Both the position numbers and the translations under genes were made by a program. Shown piece by piece: positions 38,745 to 47,951 of a stretch of 64,000 nt of DNA. How positions within the stretch are numbered: position 1 is the stretch's first letter; every line of letters starts with the position of its first letter. Location of the stretch: the NCBI GenBank assembly GCA_965218425.1, contig OZ244621.1, forward strand, positions 96,001 through 160,000, in the 5' to 3' direction. This DNA comes from an uncultured Candidatus Binatia bacterium (GTDB lineage Bacteria; Desulfobacterota; Binatia; UBA9968; CAXXLF01). Below the pieces are notes generated by a model. The model made no database searches and had not been told where the DNA came from. It saw nothing but the letters and a program-made list of their open reading frames with translations.

Positions 38745-39569
38745 CTAAGCTACCGTCCGCCACGGCCAGTAACGATAGAGAAGCCGGCCCGGGTGAATGA
38801 TGGCCAGGTAAAGCGCCCTCATCTTTCCCTTCATACCACAACGGGGAGTGAAGAGATCCTTGATCATCAGACCAAGAGGGATTCTATGTTTAGGATACCT
38901 CTCGCTGCCAACCGTGGGAGTACCGTAATCCTCTTTCTTCTCCTTGAGGACATATATCACCTGGGTTCCCCCGGCCTCTTTGTCCCCGTAGAGATAACCT
39001 CCCACCTCTTCTGCGCGTTGAGTCGCCTTTGTGGCCATATCTTCCCTCAGACCAAAGTCCAGGGCATCGGCCGGACAGGCCTGCACGCAAAACGGATTTT
39101 TATCCTCTTTGACCCGGTCACTACACATGGTGCATTTGCTTGCCTTGCTGGAAGTCCCGTCTTTTGAAATGACACTGTTGATATCATTCTCCGACAGGGC
39201 GCCCCAAGGACAGGCATAGACGCAGTATTCGCATCCGATGCAGACCTCCTGGTCGATCACCACGGGCCCTTCGTCGTATTTGGTAATGGCCTCCACTGGA
39301 CAAACCGCTGCACAGCTGGGGAACTCACAGTGCATGCAACTGTTTCTTGCCCAGATGGGCGAAAGGCCTTCCAGTACGGGCGGCTGCATGGTGATCCAAT
39401 TGGTACTCGACATTTCGTAGACGCTCGTCCGCGGGTGGTCGTTCCAATCCTTGCAAGCATGGACGCACTGGCGGCAGCCGATGCATTTAGTAGCATCGAA
39501 TAGAATGCTGCGTGGCTTCCCATCGATCAGCCTGCCCGTTGGAATCAAATTGCCGTACTTGTGGTTCAT
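38745..39569 (-). CDS. 4Fe-4S dicluster (DmsB/FdnH/HybA-like) electron-transfer subunit
   Basis: CIGCRQC, CMHC..PSC..VCP, CIGCEYC..ACP, KCTMC, CVQACP. Confidence 0.93.
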   Translation of the reverse strand: MNHKYGNLIPTGRLIDGKPRSILFDATKCIGCRQCVHACKDWNDHPRTSVYEMSSTNWITMQPPVLEGLSPIWARNSCMHCEFPSCAAVCPVEAITKYDEGPVVIDQEVCIGCEYCVYACPWGALSENDINSVISKDGTSSKASKCTMCSDRVKEDKNPFCVQACPADALDFGLREDMATKATQRAEEVGGYLYGDKEAGGTQVIYVLKEKKEDYGTPTVGSERYPKHRIPLGLMIKDLFTPRCGMKGKMRALYLAIIHPGRLLYRYWPWRTVA

Positions 39570-39605
39570 TGTGCTCACTCCGTTTTAAATTCAAAAACTT
39601 TGGTA

Positions 39606-40682
39606 TTATGCGTCGTAGGGTCTGGCAAACCTTTGTGCAGCGGCTGTGCCTTTAAGAGGTCTTCCCGTATAGGCTGAGATCACATTGCCAATATCATAGG
39701 CATCCGAGGGACGGTTTCTCTCCTTCTTCGTGTACCCTCTGCCGGCGCCGTGGTCGACACCCTGTGGCGTGAACAAAAAATTACCCATTTTGGGACCCGA
39801 GAGGATATATCTCAGCTCATCTCCATCAGGATTTCTATGAACCGGCGCATTGCCACTTCCACTCCCCGAGAGGTGGAGGGTCCATGCGCGATTGTGCTTG
39901 TTATCCAAATAGGCGGCCCTAATAAATGCCACTGGAGTCGGGCCTAGCCGTTCAATATCCCCCACACCGAATTTGAATACAGGTAGCTCTCCATCGATCA
40001 TCTCAGCGTCAAGGGGGTAATAATCGTAGAAAATAGAGCTTGTTTCACCCAAGGAATCCGAAAAGGCACCATGATACTTCACTCGAACCTCGTATTCTCC
40101 ATCCATGGTTGCTTCTCTCAGGATCTGAGGTCGCTGAACCTTTTCCGGCATCACCGGCGGTTTCCCCTTACCATAAAGGTGATCCACCATTTCCGCCGGC
40201 ACCAAGAACATCTCCGGCCCAGACTCGTAGATGAGTCGCAAAGTATCCTGTGCACCCCGTAGTAGGACACGGTAGGTTACTCCCTTGGGAATCAGCAGGA
40301 TTTCCCTTTCTCCTACCGTAATTATTCCGCAATCTGTTTCATAGGTCATTCTTCCCCGACTGACGAGATGGAGTTCATCAGCGTCACAGTTGCGAAAAAA
40401 GTAAGGCATGGACTCCTTTCTGCGTGAAAACCATACGGTCAGATCCTCACTGTAAAACAATTTTTCCGGTTCGCCGTATGCAGACTCTGCATCCGCCGGT
40501 ACAACTTGGGCGGTATCGATTTCCCAATTCTGGTAATTCCCAACAATCCGCTTCCAGGACATGGGATGATTCTTCCTGTATAGCACCGTATCCCTTCCCC
40601 ACTGTACCCTTCTCCCATAATGATGCCTTACAAGATCGTACCGTTCCATCTGCTTCAGTGTTAGGCGTTCGGGCTTGTTCAT
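39606..40682 (-). CDS. homogentisate 1,2-dioxygenase-like cupin
   Basis: FFRNCDADE, IPKG..YR, HRNPDGDE, DHG. Confidence 0.75.
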   Translation of the reverse strand: MNKPERLTLKQMERYDLVRHHYGRRVQWGRDTVLYRKNHPMSWKRIVGNYQNWEIDTAQVVPADAESAYGEPEKLFYSEDLTVWFSRRKESMPYFFRNCDADELHLVSRGRMTYETDCGIITVGEREILLIPKGVTYRVLLRGAQDTLRLIYESGPEMFLVPAEMVDHLYGKGKPPVMPEKVQRPQILREATMDGEYEVRVKYHGAFSDSLGETSSIFYDYYPLDAEMIDGELPVFKFGVGDIERLGPTPVAFIRAAYLDNKHNRAWTLHLSGSGSGNAPVHRNPDGDELRYILSGPKMGNFLFTPQGVDHGAGRGYTKKERNRPSDAYDIGNVISAYTGRPLKGTAAAQRFARPYDA

Positions 40683-40768
40683 TTTGATCCCTCCTCAGGG
40701 TCCTTTTATAACGCCATTCGGTCTGCAATCGGGGACCCCCGGCACAAAACAGGGGGCTTCGTCGCTCT

Positions 40769-41470
40769 TCACACGTGTTTTTTCAAGAAACTCAACGTTC
40801 TGGGCCAGGACGCTTTATCGGCATCCGGACAGTAGGACTTTGCGCTAAAATTCATAAAGGCATGACCGGCACCCCCATAGGAGTAAAACTCATGGGGCTT
40901 ATGGTATTGGGTTAGCTTAAGGTCGAACTTGCGCACCTCCTCCGGGGAGGGATTCTCATCCTCCTCTCCGAAATGCCCCATCATGGGACAATGTATTTCC
41001 TCCGTTCGTTCGAAGGGGGACCGACCGTCTCCACGAGCAGAAAAAGTGTTTCCGCCATAATAAACGACAGCGGCCTTGAAGCTGGAACTCGCCGCGGCCA
41101 TGAGATAACACCCCCTTCCTCCCTGACAGAAGCCAACGATCCCCAACCTTCCCGGCTGAACCGACCCGTGCCCTTGAAGATAGGCAAGCGAGCTGTTCAC
41201 ATCCTTGATAATGTTCGCATCTAGAATTCGATTTGCACGAGTGGGTCCGTCATCCGTACAATCCGGACCATCCCTATGATAGAGCTCGGGTGCAACCGCT
41301 ACGAACCCTTCCCGGGCGAGTCGCCTGGTCATTTCTTGCACGAACTCGTCCACTCCTTCCCGATGCTGCAAGACAACCACCGCAGGAAACGGCCCGGTTC
41401 CTTCAGGTACGCTCATGTATATTCCCATGGACCCATCTTCCACCTTTACCTTCTCCCATGCTGATTCCAT
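40769..41470 (-). CDS. dienelactone hydrolase family protein
   Basis: GFCQGG, YYGG, GAGHAF. Confidence 0.92.
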   Translation of the reverse strand: MESAWEKVKVEDGSMGIYMSVPEGTGPFPAVVVLQHREGVDEFVQEMTRRLAREGFVAVAPELYHRDGPDCTDDGPTRANRILDANIIKDVNSSLAYLQGHGSVQPGRLGIVGFCQGGRGCYLMAAASSSFKAAVVYYGGNTFSARGDGRSPFERTEEIHCPMMGHFGEEDENPSPEEVRKFDLKLTQYHKPHEFYSYGGAGHAFMNFSAKSYCPDADKASWPRTLSFLKKHV

Positions 41471-41532
41471 TGAAGTAGCCTCCCGGATCAAACCTTCCAA
41501 TGGGCGTCCTTCGGGTCACACGCCAAGGATGC

Positions 41533-42279
41533 CTATATATCTCGGCAGATAACGGACTCCGGCCTCTTTGCACAGAATTCCGCTAACTGTCGTTTGCGTT
41601 GCTCCTCGATCTGCTTGGCTTTCCCCAGCAGTTTGTTGATCTCCCGTTTCCTCTCTTCCTCTAACTGTCTTGCCTTAGCCAGTGCCGCTTCTTTTTCCTT
41701 ACTCAACTGCCGTACCACTTCTCGGTACTGTGCATCGGACCGCTCTCCTTGCTTCTGCAACGTTTCCATCAAGGCAAGCCACCGTTTTTCCTCCTGTTTC
41801 ACCTGCTTCTGTGTAGTCTCCTGTTCCTCACGCAACGCCTTTACCAGCTCTTGCCACTGTTTTTCCGCTCGTTGATGCTGCTGGTGAGCCGCCTCTAGTT
41901 CCTTGCTGACCACCGCAGATAGCTTCTCCCATTGCTTTTGATCTCGTTGCCGCATGGTCTCGGACCATTTCTTCATAGCCGCATCGAACTCCGACCTCTG
42001 GGCCTTTCTAACTATGCTATTGGTTTTGGCCAACAACGGCTTCTCCAAGGCTTTGACCCATTTCTCCACGTTGGAACGAACACTCCCACTCACTTTGCGA
42101 ATCTCTTGTTCGGTTTGTAGGAGCGAGGCTCGTATCTCCTTTAGAGTTTCCTCTTGCGCAGCAACCATTTGATTCACAGGGCGGACAATCTTATGTGTCT
42201 GCCATGAAGTAAACCCTACCCCACTAATAATCAACACCGACACGGAAGCCTCAAATACAAATAATCCTTTGGGAGTCAT
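41533..42279 (-). CDS. membrane-anchored coiled-coil hypothetical protein
   Basis: N-terminal hydrophobic segment, long Q/E/K-rich heptads, terminal C..RP...C. Confidence 0.65.
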   Translation of the reverse strand: MTPKGLFVFEASVSVLIISGVGFTSWQTHKIVRPVNQMVAAQEETLKEIRASLLQTEQEIRKVSGSVRSNVEKWVKALEKPLLAKTNSIVRKAQRSEFDAAMKKWSETMRQRDQKQWEKLSAVVSKELEAAHQQHQRAEKQWQELVKALREEQETTQKQVKQEEKRWLALMETLQKQGERSDAQYREVVRQLSKEKEAALAKARQLEEERKREINKLLGKAKQIEEQRKRQLAEFCAKRPESVICRDI

Positions 42280-42467
42280 ATGATCTATCCTCGTCCCGCC
42301 TCGATTTCCTGGATCACATCACCTCGATAATTTGGATCTCAGCCCGTCCTTAGCCTTGTGCCTTGCCAACCCCGCCGCTCCCGAGCACTCTTGTGACGAG
42401 ATGAAACTGTTATGGAAAGGCAGCTGCCCTTTAGGCTTGTATTCCAGGGGTCACAAGTTGTCAATGG

Positions 42468-42917
42468 CTAGGAGGCCGTTTCCCCTCGGAGGGTCATCTT
42501 GCGGTGTGGAATTCCCGCTTCCGAAAAGGTTCTTCCCACGCAACAAAACCCCATCCTTTCATAAAATCCAATAACAGGAACCTGAGCGTTTAAAAAAATT
42601 GCCTTCACTTCCTTTTTTTTGGCGAGACTCACAGCCCGGCGCAGCAATGCCTTCCCCACCCCCCGGCCACGATAGCTTTTTAGGACCGCCATGCGTCCGA
42701 TCTTTGCTTCTCTCCGTTGAATCACCACCCTGGTAGTGCCAACGGCCCTTTCCCCAATGAAGGCCAGATAGTGAACGGCTCTTCGGTCATCCTCGTCCAA
42801 CTCCATTTCCCTCGGAACACCCTGTTCTTCAACGAATACACGAAGTCGAATGGAAAAGGCCTTTTCGAGCTCCCGTCGCGTGTCGAGTTTCTTCACTCTG
42901 GTGTAGTGGGCTAACAT
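42468..42917 (-). CDS. GNAT acetyltransferase (ElaA/YjcF-like)
   Basis: R..VFVEEQ, IGRMAV..YRGRG.G, LNAQ, EAGIPH. Confidence 0.92.
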   Translation of the reverse strand: MLAHYTRVKKLDTRRELEKAFSIRLRVFVEEQGVPREMELDEDDRRAVHYLAFIGERAVGTTRVVIQRREAKIGRMAVLKSYRGRGVGKALLRRAVSLAKKKEVKAIFLNAQVPVIGFYERMGFCCVGRTFSEAGIPHRKMTLRGETAS

Positions 42918-43034
42918 GGCGCGGCCGAGGCGGTGGTTGTAGCTTACAGGGAAACGAGGCTTCCCCAACAGAGGGATTCATCAATCCCGAGACTATTTCG
43001 CCGGCGATAGCGCGAAGGAATTTTTCCACTCTTC

Positions 43035-43245
43035 GGATGCGCTTTGTTTCCTGCTGTGATCTGTCTCTATGCCGTACTGTTGGGTTAGCTCGTGATACTT
43101 TTCAATGATGGTCTGACCTAATCAGTTAGAATCGCGTTTTAAGGTTTCACAGTCTTTTCTGCTTTCCATATCCATGACAGCTTTTTCAATTTCCTTTGCG
43201 GATCCCACCGCGATGTCTTTGTGACCATTTTCATGATCTACGAGT
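43035..43245 (-). pseudogene. DUF922-like putative Zn-protease C-terminal remnant
   Basis: HENGHKDIA...EIEK...C..L..N*...QY..ETDH..KQ with in-frame TGA. Confidence 0.55.
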
Positions 43246-43286
43246 TTTTTGAAAAACCAACTCAACAAATATCTCGCCGAGCAAGT

Positions 43287-43565
43287 TCAATCCAGTCCAA
43301 TGGAAAACATATCATCCAGGTCGTGACGGGAATAGGCATGAAAGGCGAGCATCGTCTCTGTGCTCAGAATGCCAGCGACCTTTCGCATGTGATTGGTCAC
43401 CGTCTCCGCCAAGCCATCGTTATCTTTGACTCGCATGATAGTCACCAGGTCATATCCGCCACTCACCGAGTAGACCTCCGATACCCCTTTCACCTCCACC
43501 AGTGCGTTGGCAACATCGTTTACCTTATCACGTTCCGCTTTCAACAGAACGATTGGGTTGACCAC
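43287..43565 (-). CDS. Lrp/AsnC ligand-binding (RAM) domain protein
   Basis: GVSEVYSVSGGYDL, GILSTET; AAGGAGG RBS before GTG. Confidence 0.88.
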   Translation of the reverse strand: MVNPIVLLKAERDKVNDVANALVEVKGVSEVYSVSGGYDLVTIMRVKDNDGLAETVTNHMRKVAGILSTETMLAFHAYSRHDLDDMFSIGLD

Positions 43566-43678
43566 GGCTGAACCTCCTTTGAACCTGGGCTTCATCCACC
43601 ATTGCAGCTATCCCATACCTCCAATGCCCGGCTCATCGTAACGAAACGGCCCGGTGTTCGGTTCCGAATCTATTAATC

Positions 43679-43960
43679 CTAGTCGGTGCGACTTGTGATC
43701 TCGATGAGATGATATCCAAAGTCAGTCTTGATGGGGCCATGGACTTTCCCAAGCTCGCCAACGAAAACAACTTCATCGAATTCTCGAACCATATCGCCGC
43801 GACTGAATTCACCTAAATCTCCGCCTTGTTTACCAGAAGGACACTGGGAATGGCTTTTGGCCAATTGAGCGAAATCGGCTCCCCCCTCTATCTGCGATTT
43901 GAGATCCTCGCACGTCTCATTGGAAGACACCAAAATATGACGGGCCCGCGCCTTTGCCAT
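43679..43960 (-). CDS. ppiC: parvulin-type peptidyl-prolyl isomerase
   Basis: ARHILV, HSQCPSGKQGGDLG.F, FGYHLI. Confidence 0.93.
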   Translation of the reverse strand: MAKARARHILVSSNETCEDLKSQIEGGADFAQLAKSHSQCPSGKQGGDLGEFSRGDMVREFDEVVFVGELGKVHGPIKTDFGYHLIEITSRTD

Positions 43961-44338
43961 AAAGCTCTCCTTTCCAAACACCAGCACTTATGGATTTGGA
44001 TTCGATTCCGAGATTTTTGGAATACCAAGCAACTGTATTTAATCTCATGGAGGATAGCAAGACTAAATTTTCGAAACAGGGGTGTTCGTCCCGGTTAAAA
44101 ATTGAAAAAATACAACGGCGACTATAGAAGTTTAAAATTCAGCCCCTCGGATTCTTTTCAACCGATCCAAAGAAGCGGGAAGACCAGAAAAAGGCCCAAA
44201 GCAAGGAACTGCTATCGCAGGTCATAGAACGCGCCAAGATGATTCAGACCCACTGGAAGGATGTGCCCAGCATCTCCACAGTCAATAAGACCTCAGCCGA
44301 GGCCGAAACCGCCGAAGAGGAAGTGGCGTAGATCCATC

Positions 44339-44680
44339 TCAGCCGCCCCGGCGGCTCGTCCCGCATTGCCAGCATTCAGTGAATTGAGCCTCTAGTGTCT
44401 CGCCGCATCCACTGCACTGCCAAGTTTCGGTTGTGCCAAGTCCTGACTCCTGGTTCGAATCATTCGTGAGCTTCCCATGAAGTATCTCCCTGGCTAATTC
44501 CATATCTTCGCTGGACACCATGAGTCGGACCCCATGACTCAACTGAAGATGAGGCCTCATACCACCCACATCGTCTTTAGACACGAAGGCCTCGATTCCC
44601 GACGCTTGCAGTTGCGCCCTGGAAATTTCGGCCTCTATTTCGCTATTGAATACTTCTAATACCGTGAAACGATTCGCCAT
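44339..44680 (-). CDS. DUF2007 putative signal-transducing protein with Zn ribbon
   Basis: EAE....L..GI.A, W.C..CGE..E.QF..CW.CG. Confidence 0.82.
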   Translation of the reverse strand: MANRFTVLEVFNSEIEAEISRAQLQASGIEAFVSKDDVGGMRPHLQLSHGVRLMVSSEDMELAREILHGKLTNDSNQESGLGTTETWQCSGCGETLEAQFTECWQCGTSRRGG

Positions 44681-44719
44681 AACTCAACCCAAGGCAACGG
44701 CTCCCAATCTGCCATCCGT

Positions 44720-45050
44720 AGTGTCTCGCTTTTCCTTATTTACCTTTCCGTGGTACCCCAAAAGGCCCGGATAATATCTCATATAATACTTAAGGATATA
44801 GCTTATAAATCTAAGTCCCGATGGCGATCATCTCCCGCATTAGATGCCGTCACAATCCTATGGTCCATTTCCTCGAGATAGAGCAACGGAGTGGTTCAGA
44901 ATCGGTTACTCTTTCTACCCAGAGTTGTGAGTAACAGAACCGGCGCCCCAACATTGGCGCCAAGCAATCCTCCCGTGAACCTGTAAAGGGCCAGGTGCAG
45001 TGCGGACATCGCCCAAATTAATGGACGATTGATAACCAAGTCTCTCCAGC
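44720..45050 (-). pseudogene. deazaflavin(F420)-dependent nitroreductase family remnant
   Basis: LYRFTGG...PVLLLTTLGRKS...*TTPLLY...ASNAG...H, truncated. Confidence 0.75.
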
Positions 45051-45126
45051 CTCCAACCCGCTACCCTCCTGCCATCACTCCGGGTGAATCGAATCTCGCA
45101 AAAAACTCATCCATAGAGGTACTCGT

Positions 45127-46005
45127 CTATATCGACTCATGCCGCTTCTTCCTGGATATACATAGGGCACTTACAACTTCCGCAAGTGCCGGAGGTGGTT
45201 CGCTGCGATCCTTGAACGACTGCAGTCTCTCATAAATATCTGTGGCGGCCATGTGAAAACCCGACGGCAAGCCAGCAGCCGCAAAGGTGGCCGCAATTTC
45301 TTTCATCTCTCCCACATAACGCCATGCCTTCGGGGCTGAAGACTCCGCAGCTTTAACGCTCCTGTCAGATAGCTCAATTTGGGAGAGGGACCATTCTTGC
45401 ACCAGAGCCTCCTCAACCCCTTCCACGGACGCTAGCGCTCGGATTCCCAAAATCAGCGCGTCGCTACACTTGGTCCATGCGGCGTAGGTCATCTTGAGTG
45501 CGGAGGCACTGCCGGGTTGGTTCCCCAGGACCCTGGCGTCAAGCAGGCTGCCCTCAAACATGGCGGCCACTTCTGCGGCTCCGACGCCCGAGAGATAAAG
45601 ACGCGTGGTGCCCGTCCGTCTCACGGGCGGCCCGATGATACCACCATCCACGAATCTTGCCCCACCCTTTGTCACCGTCTCTGATATCTGCATTGCTGTA
45701 ACCGGTGAAACGGCATTGGCGTCCAGGTATACGCCGGTAAAGTTTGCCTTCATCACGGTTCGGGCAACTTCCGGTGCCGCATGGGGCGGGCACACCGCGA
45801 GGATGACATCGCTGGCCCGAACCAAATCGGTTAGGTTTCCGGTATCAGTCAACCCCGCCCTATTCGCCCGATCATGAGTTGCTTTGCTACGTCCCTCGGA
45901 AACCCAAATCACGCTGGCACCACCCGCGGCCGCAGCCGCACCAACGGCAACTCCCATATTACCCGGGTGAATTAATCCGGCAGTTTTTGCATTCACGACG
46001 CACAC
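45127..46005 (-). CDS. NAD(P)-dependent oxidoreductase, 6PGD-like with DUF1932
   Basis: HPGNMG, DANAVSP, DGGIIG, ASALKM, KAWRYVGEM. Confidence 0.9.
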   Translation of the reverse strand: MCVVNAKTAGLIHPGNMGVAVGAAAAAGGASVIWVSEGRSKATHDRANRAGLTDTGNLTDLVRASDVILAVCPPHAAPEVARTVMKANFTGVYLDANAVSPVTAMQISETVTKGGARFVDGGIIGPPVRRTGTTRLYLSGVGAAEVAAMFEGSLLDARVLGNQPGSASALKMTYAAWTKCSDALILGIRALASVEGVEEALVQEWSLSQIELSDRSVKAAESSAPKAWRYVGEMKEIAATFAAAGLPSGFHMAATDIYERLQSFKDRSEPPPALAEVVSALCISRKKRHESI

Positions 46006-46049
46006 CTCCTCAGGGTAAATGGGAACCCATACATCCTAGCGGGAACCGG

Positions 46050-46256
46050 ACATTCCCCTCGGTTCTGTTCCGAAACACCTACACGATCGAGAGGATAGTA
46101 TAAAGGGCAAAAACCAATAAAAGCGCTTTGTAGCAAGGTGACTCCCAACAAGCCGGGTACCAGTAATCAAAGAGGATCGATATAATATGACAGTAGAGCA
46201 GCAGCAGTTAGTACGGTACCGGCAATACCATCGTACAGGCGTATTTTCATCTTCAT
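46050..46256 (-). pseudogene. DUF2892/YgaP-like membrane protein with nonsense codon
   Basis: IAG..L...LS....*LL....G..LLQSAFIGFCP; TGA at 46167-46169 where Trp is expected. Confidence 0.65.
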
Positions 46257-46291
46257 GGCGCCTCCTCTGATTTCAAGCACTAAAGATCGTC

Positions 46292-46415
46292 TCATTCGGT
46301 AAGATCATAAATGCCGCTAAAGCCAATGACCCCGGCAAGGGCATTCGGAGCCATTCCATGATGGGACAAGTAGCTTTCATCCAGGGCGATCAAAGAGGCC
46401 AAGTGGCCGCCGGCA
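46292..46415 (-). pseudogene. alpha/beta hydrolase (esterase) internal remnant
   Basis: AGGHLASLIALDESYL...GVIGFSGIYDL. Confidence 0.6.
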
Positions 46416-46570
46416 ATCGTCCACATTCAAGTTAGTCACCGGCATCAGCACCGGGGCTTTGATTGCTCCCTTCGCTTTCCCGGGACCCAACTACGATAAA
46501 CAGTTGACCAGCGTATACACGAAGTTCAGCCAAGGACGTTTTTGAAAAAAGAAGCGTGCTCGCGGCATAC
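46412..46570 (+). pseudogene. patatin-like phospholipase internal remnant
   Basis: FKLVTGISTGALIAPFAF.GPNYD (GxSxG). Confidence 0.7.
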
Positions 46571-46580
46571 TACAACAAGG

Positions 46581-47873
46581 TCAACCCTTTTCGGAAAGAA
46601 CGGAATTAACGGCCGAGGCCGCCTCAAATAGACGGTGGTCCTGATTACGGTGACCTATGAGCTGGGTCCCCACCGGCAGACCCGAAGGTCCCGTAAAAAC
46701 GGGCAAGGTAACACAGGGGGTATGGGTCCACGTGGAGAGGATGTTGAACGCAGTATCACCCGTACTTGTCAGTCCTTTCGGAGCCTCGCCGACGGCACTG
46801 GGTGTAAGCAGCAAATCAAAATCCTTCATGGTTTGATCGAGGTTCCGCCTGCATTCCACTATTACGGCGTGGGCCTCTCGGTATTGTTCGTAGGAGACAT
46901 TCAGCATGGCTCCTTGCTTGTTCTTCTGAAACTCGCTCAACAGTTTCCAGTGATGGTTCCGCTCCCAGGAAAGGGCACGGGAGGACTCATAGTCGTTGAT
47001 GCGGCGCCCCATGGGCTCGAAATCCGCAAAGGGGCCAGCAAGCCCGATTTCAGAGACTCTGGCACCCGCCTTGGCAAGCTGCTGCGCAGCAGATTGCACT
47101 AGGGTTTTGGTGTAGTCCTGCGCTCGGTCCCAGTTCATGGTCCGGCACAGACCGATCCTGAGTTCCCTCGCTCGAACAGGAGCCAGAGATTGGGGGGCAA
47201 AGCCCGTCACCGCGGCGCGAAAGATTGGAAGGTCCTCCACAACGCGACCGAACAGCCCGATGGTGTCAAAGGAACCGGTATTCTCCTTCACGCCCATGGT
47301 GCTCACCTCACCGTAGCTTGGTTTGTATCCGACGCAGCCACAGAACGCTGCAGGGCGTATGATCGACCCCACCGTCTGGGTACCAAAGGCCATGGGAACC
47401 ATGAAATCGGCCACGGCAGCGGCGGACCCGCTGGAGGAACCACCAGGGGTGTGTTTCGGGTTGTGTGGGTTTGTGGTTTTTCCCCAAGGATGCCGACTCG
47501 CAAACTCCGTGGTGACCGTTTTTCCTAACAGAACCCCTCCCGCAGCGCGGGCTAGTGCAACGCAGACCGCGTCCGCAGTAGTGCGATTGCCTTTATAGAT
47601 GGGAGAACCGTACTCGGTGGGCATATCAGCCGTATCCATAATGTCCTTGGCAGCGAAGGGGATGCCATGTATAGGACCACGGTTTGCAGCACGGTCGCAC
47701 TTTCGGGCTTCGGCCAGGGCGTAATCCCGGTCGAGGTGAACCCACGCCTTAACCTGGGATTCGCGTGATTCGATCCGTTCGAGACAGGAACGAACCAAAG
47801 CTTCGGAGGTAAGGTTTCCTTCGCGAATGCGTGTTATCGCTTCGCTGGCTGACAGTTTGAATAAGTCCGCCAT
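46581..47873 (-). CDS. amidase signature family protein
   Basis: KD, GKTVTTEF, PGGSSSGSAAAV, GTQTVGSIIRPA. Confidence 0.95.
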   Translation of the reverse strand: MADLFKLSASEAITRIREGNLTSEALVRSCLERIESRESQVKAWVHLDRDYALAEARKCDRAANRGPIHGIPFAAKDIMDTADMPTEYGSPIYKGNRTTADAVCVALARAAGGVLLGKTVTTEFASRHPWGKTTNPHNPKHTPGGSSSGSAAAVADFMVPMAFGTQTVGSIIRPAAFCGCVGYKPSYGEVSTMGVKENTGSFDTIGLFGRVVEDLPIFRAAVTGFAPQSLAPVRARELRIGLCRTMNWDRAQDYTKTLVQSAAQQLAKAGARVSEIGLAGPFADFEPMGRRINDYESSRALSWERNHHWKLLSEFQKNKQGAMLNVSYEQYREAHAVIVECRRNLDQTMKDFDLLLTPSAVGEAPKGLTSTGDTAFNILSTWTHTPCVTLPVFTGPSGLPVGTQLIGHRNQDHRLFEAASAVNSVLSEKG

Positions 47874-47951
47874 AGGATTCTCGTTCCTGACCAGGGTCAG
47901 ACGTTACACCAGATGCCTTGCCTGGGACTCCGGCTCTTTCGGTTCTAAGAC

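Noticed and set aside
46167..46169. Other in-frame TGAs (DUF2892, nitroreductase, DUF922, SLC13 remnants) as selenocysteine
   Set aside because: They fall where Trp/Arg or other non-Cys residues are expected, mostly in truncated genes; no comparable SECIS-like hairpin noticed.
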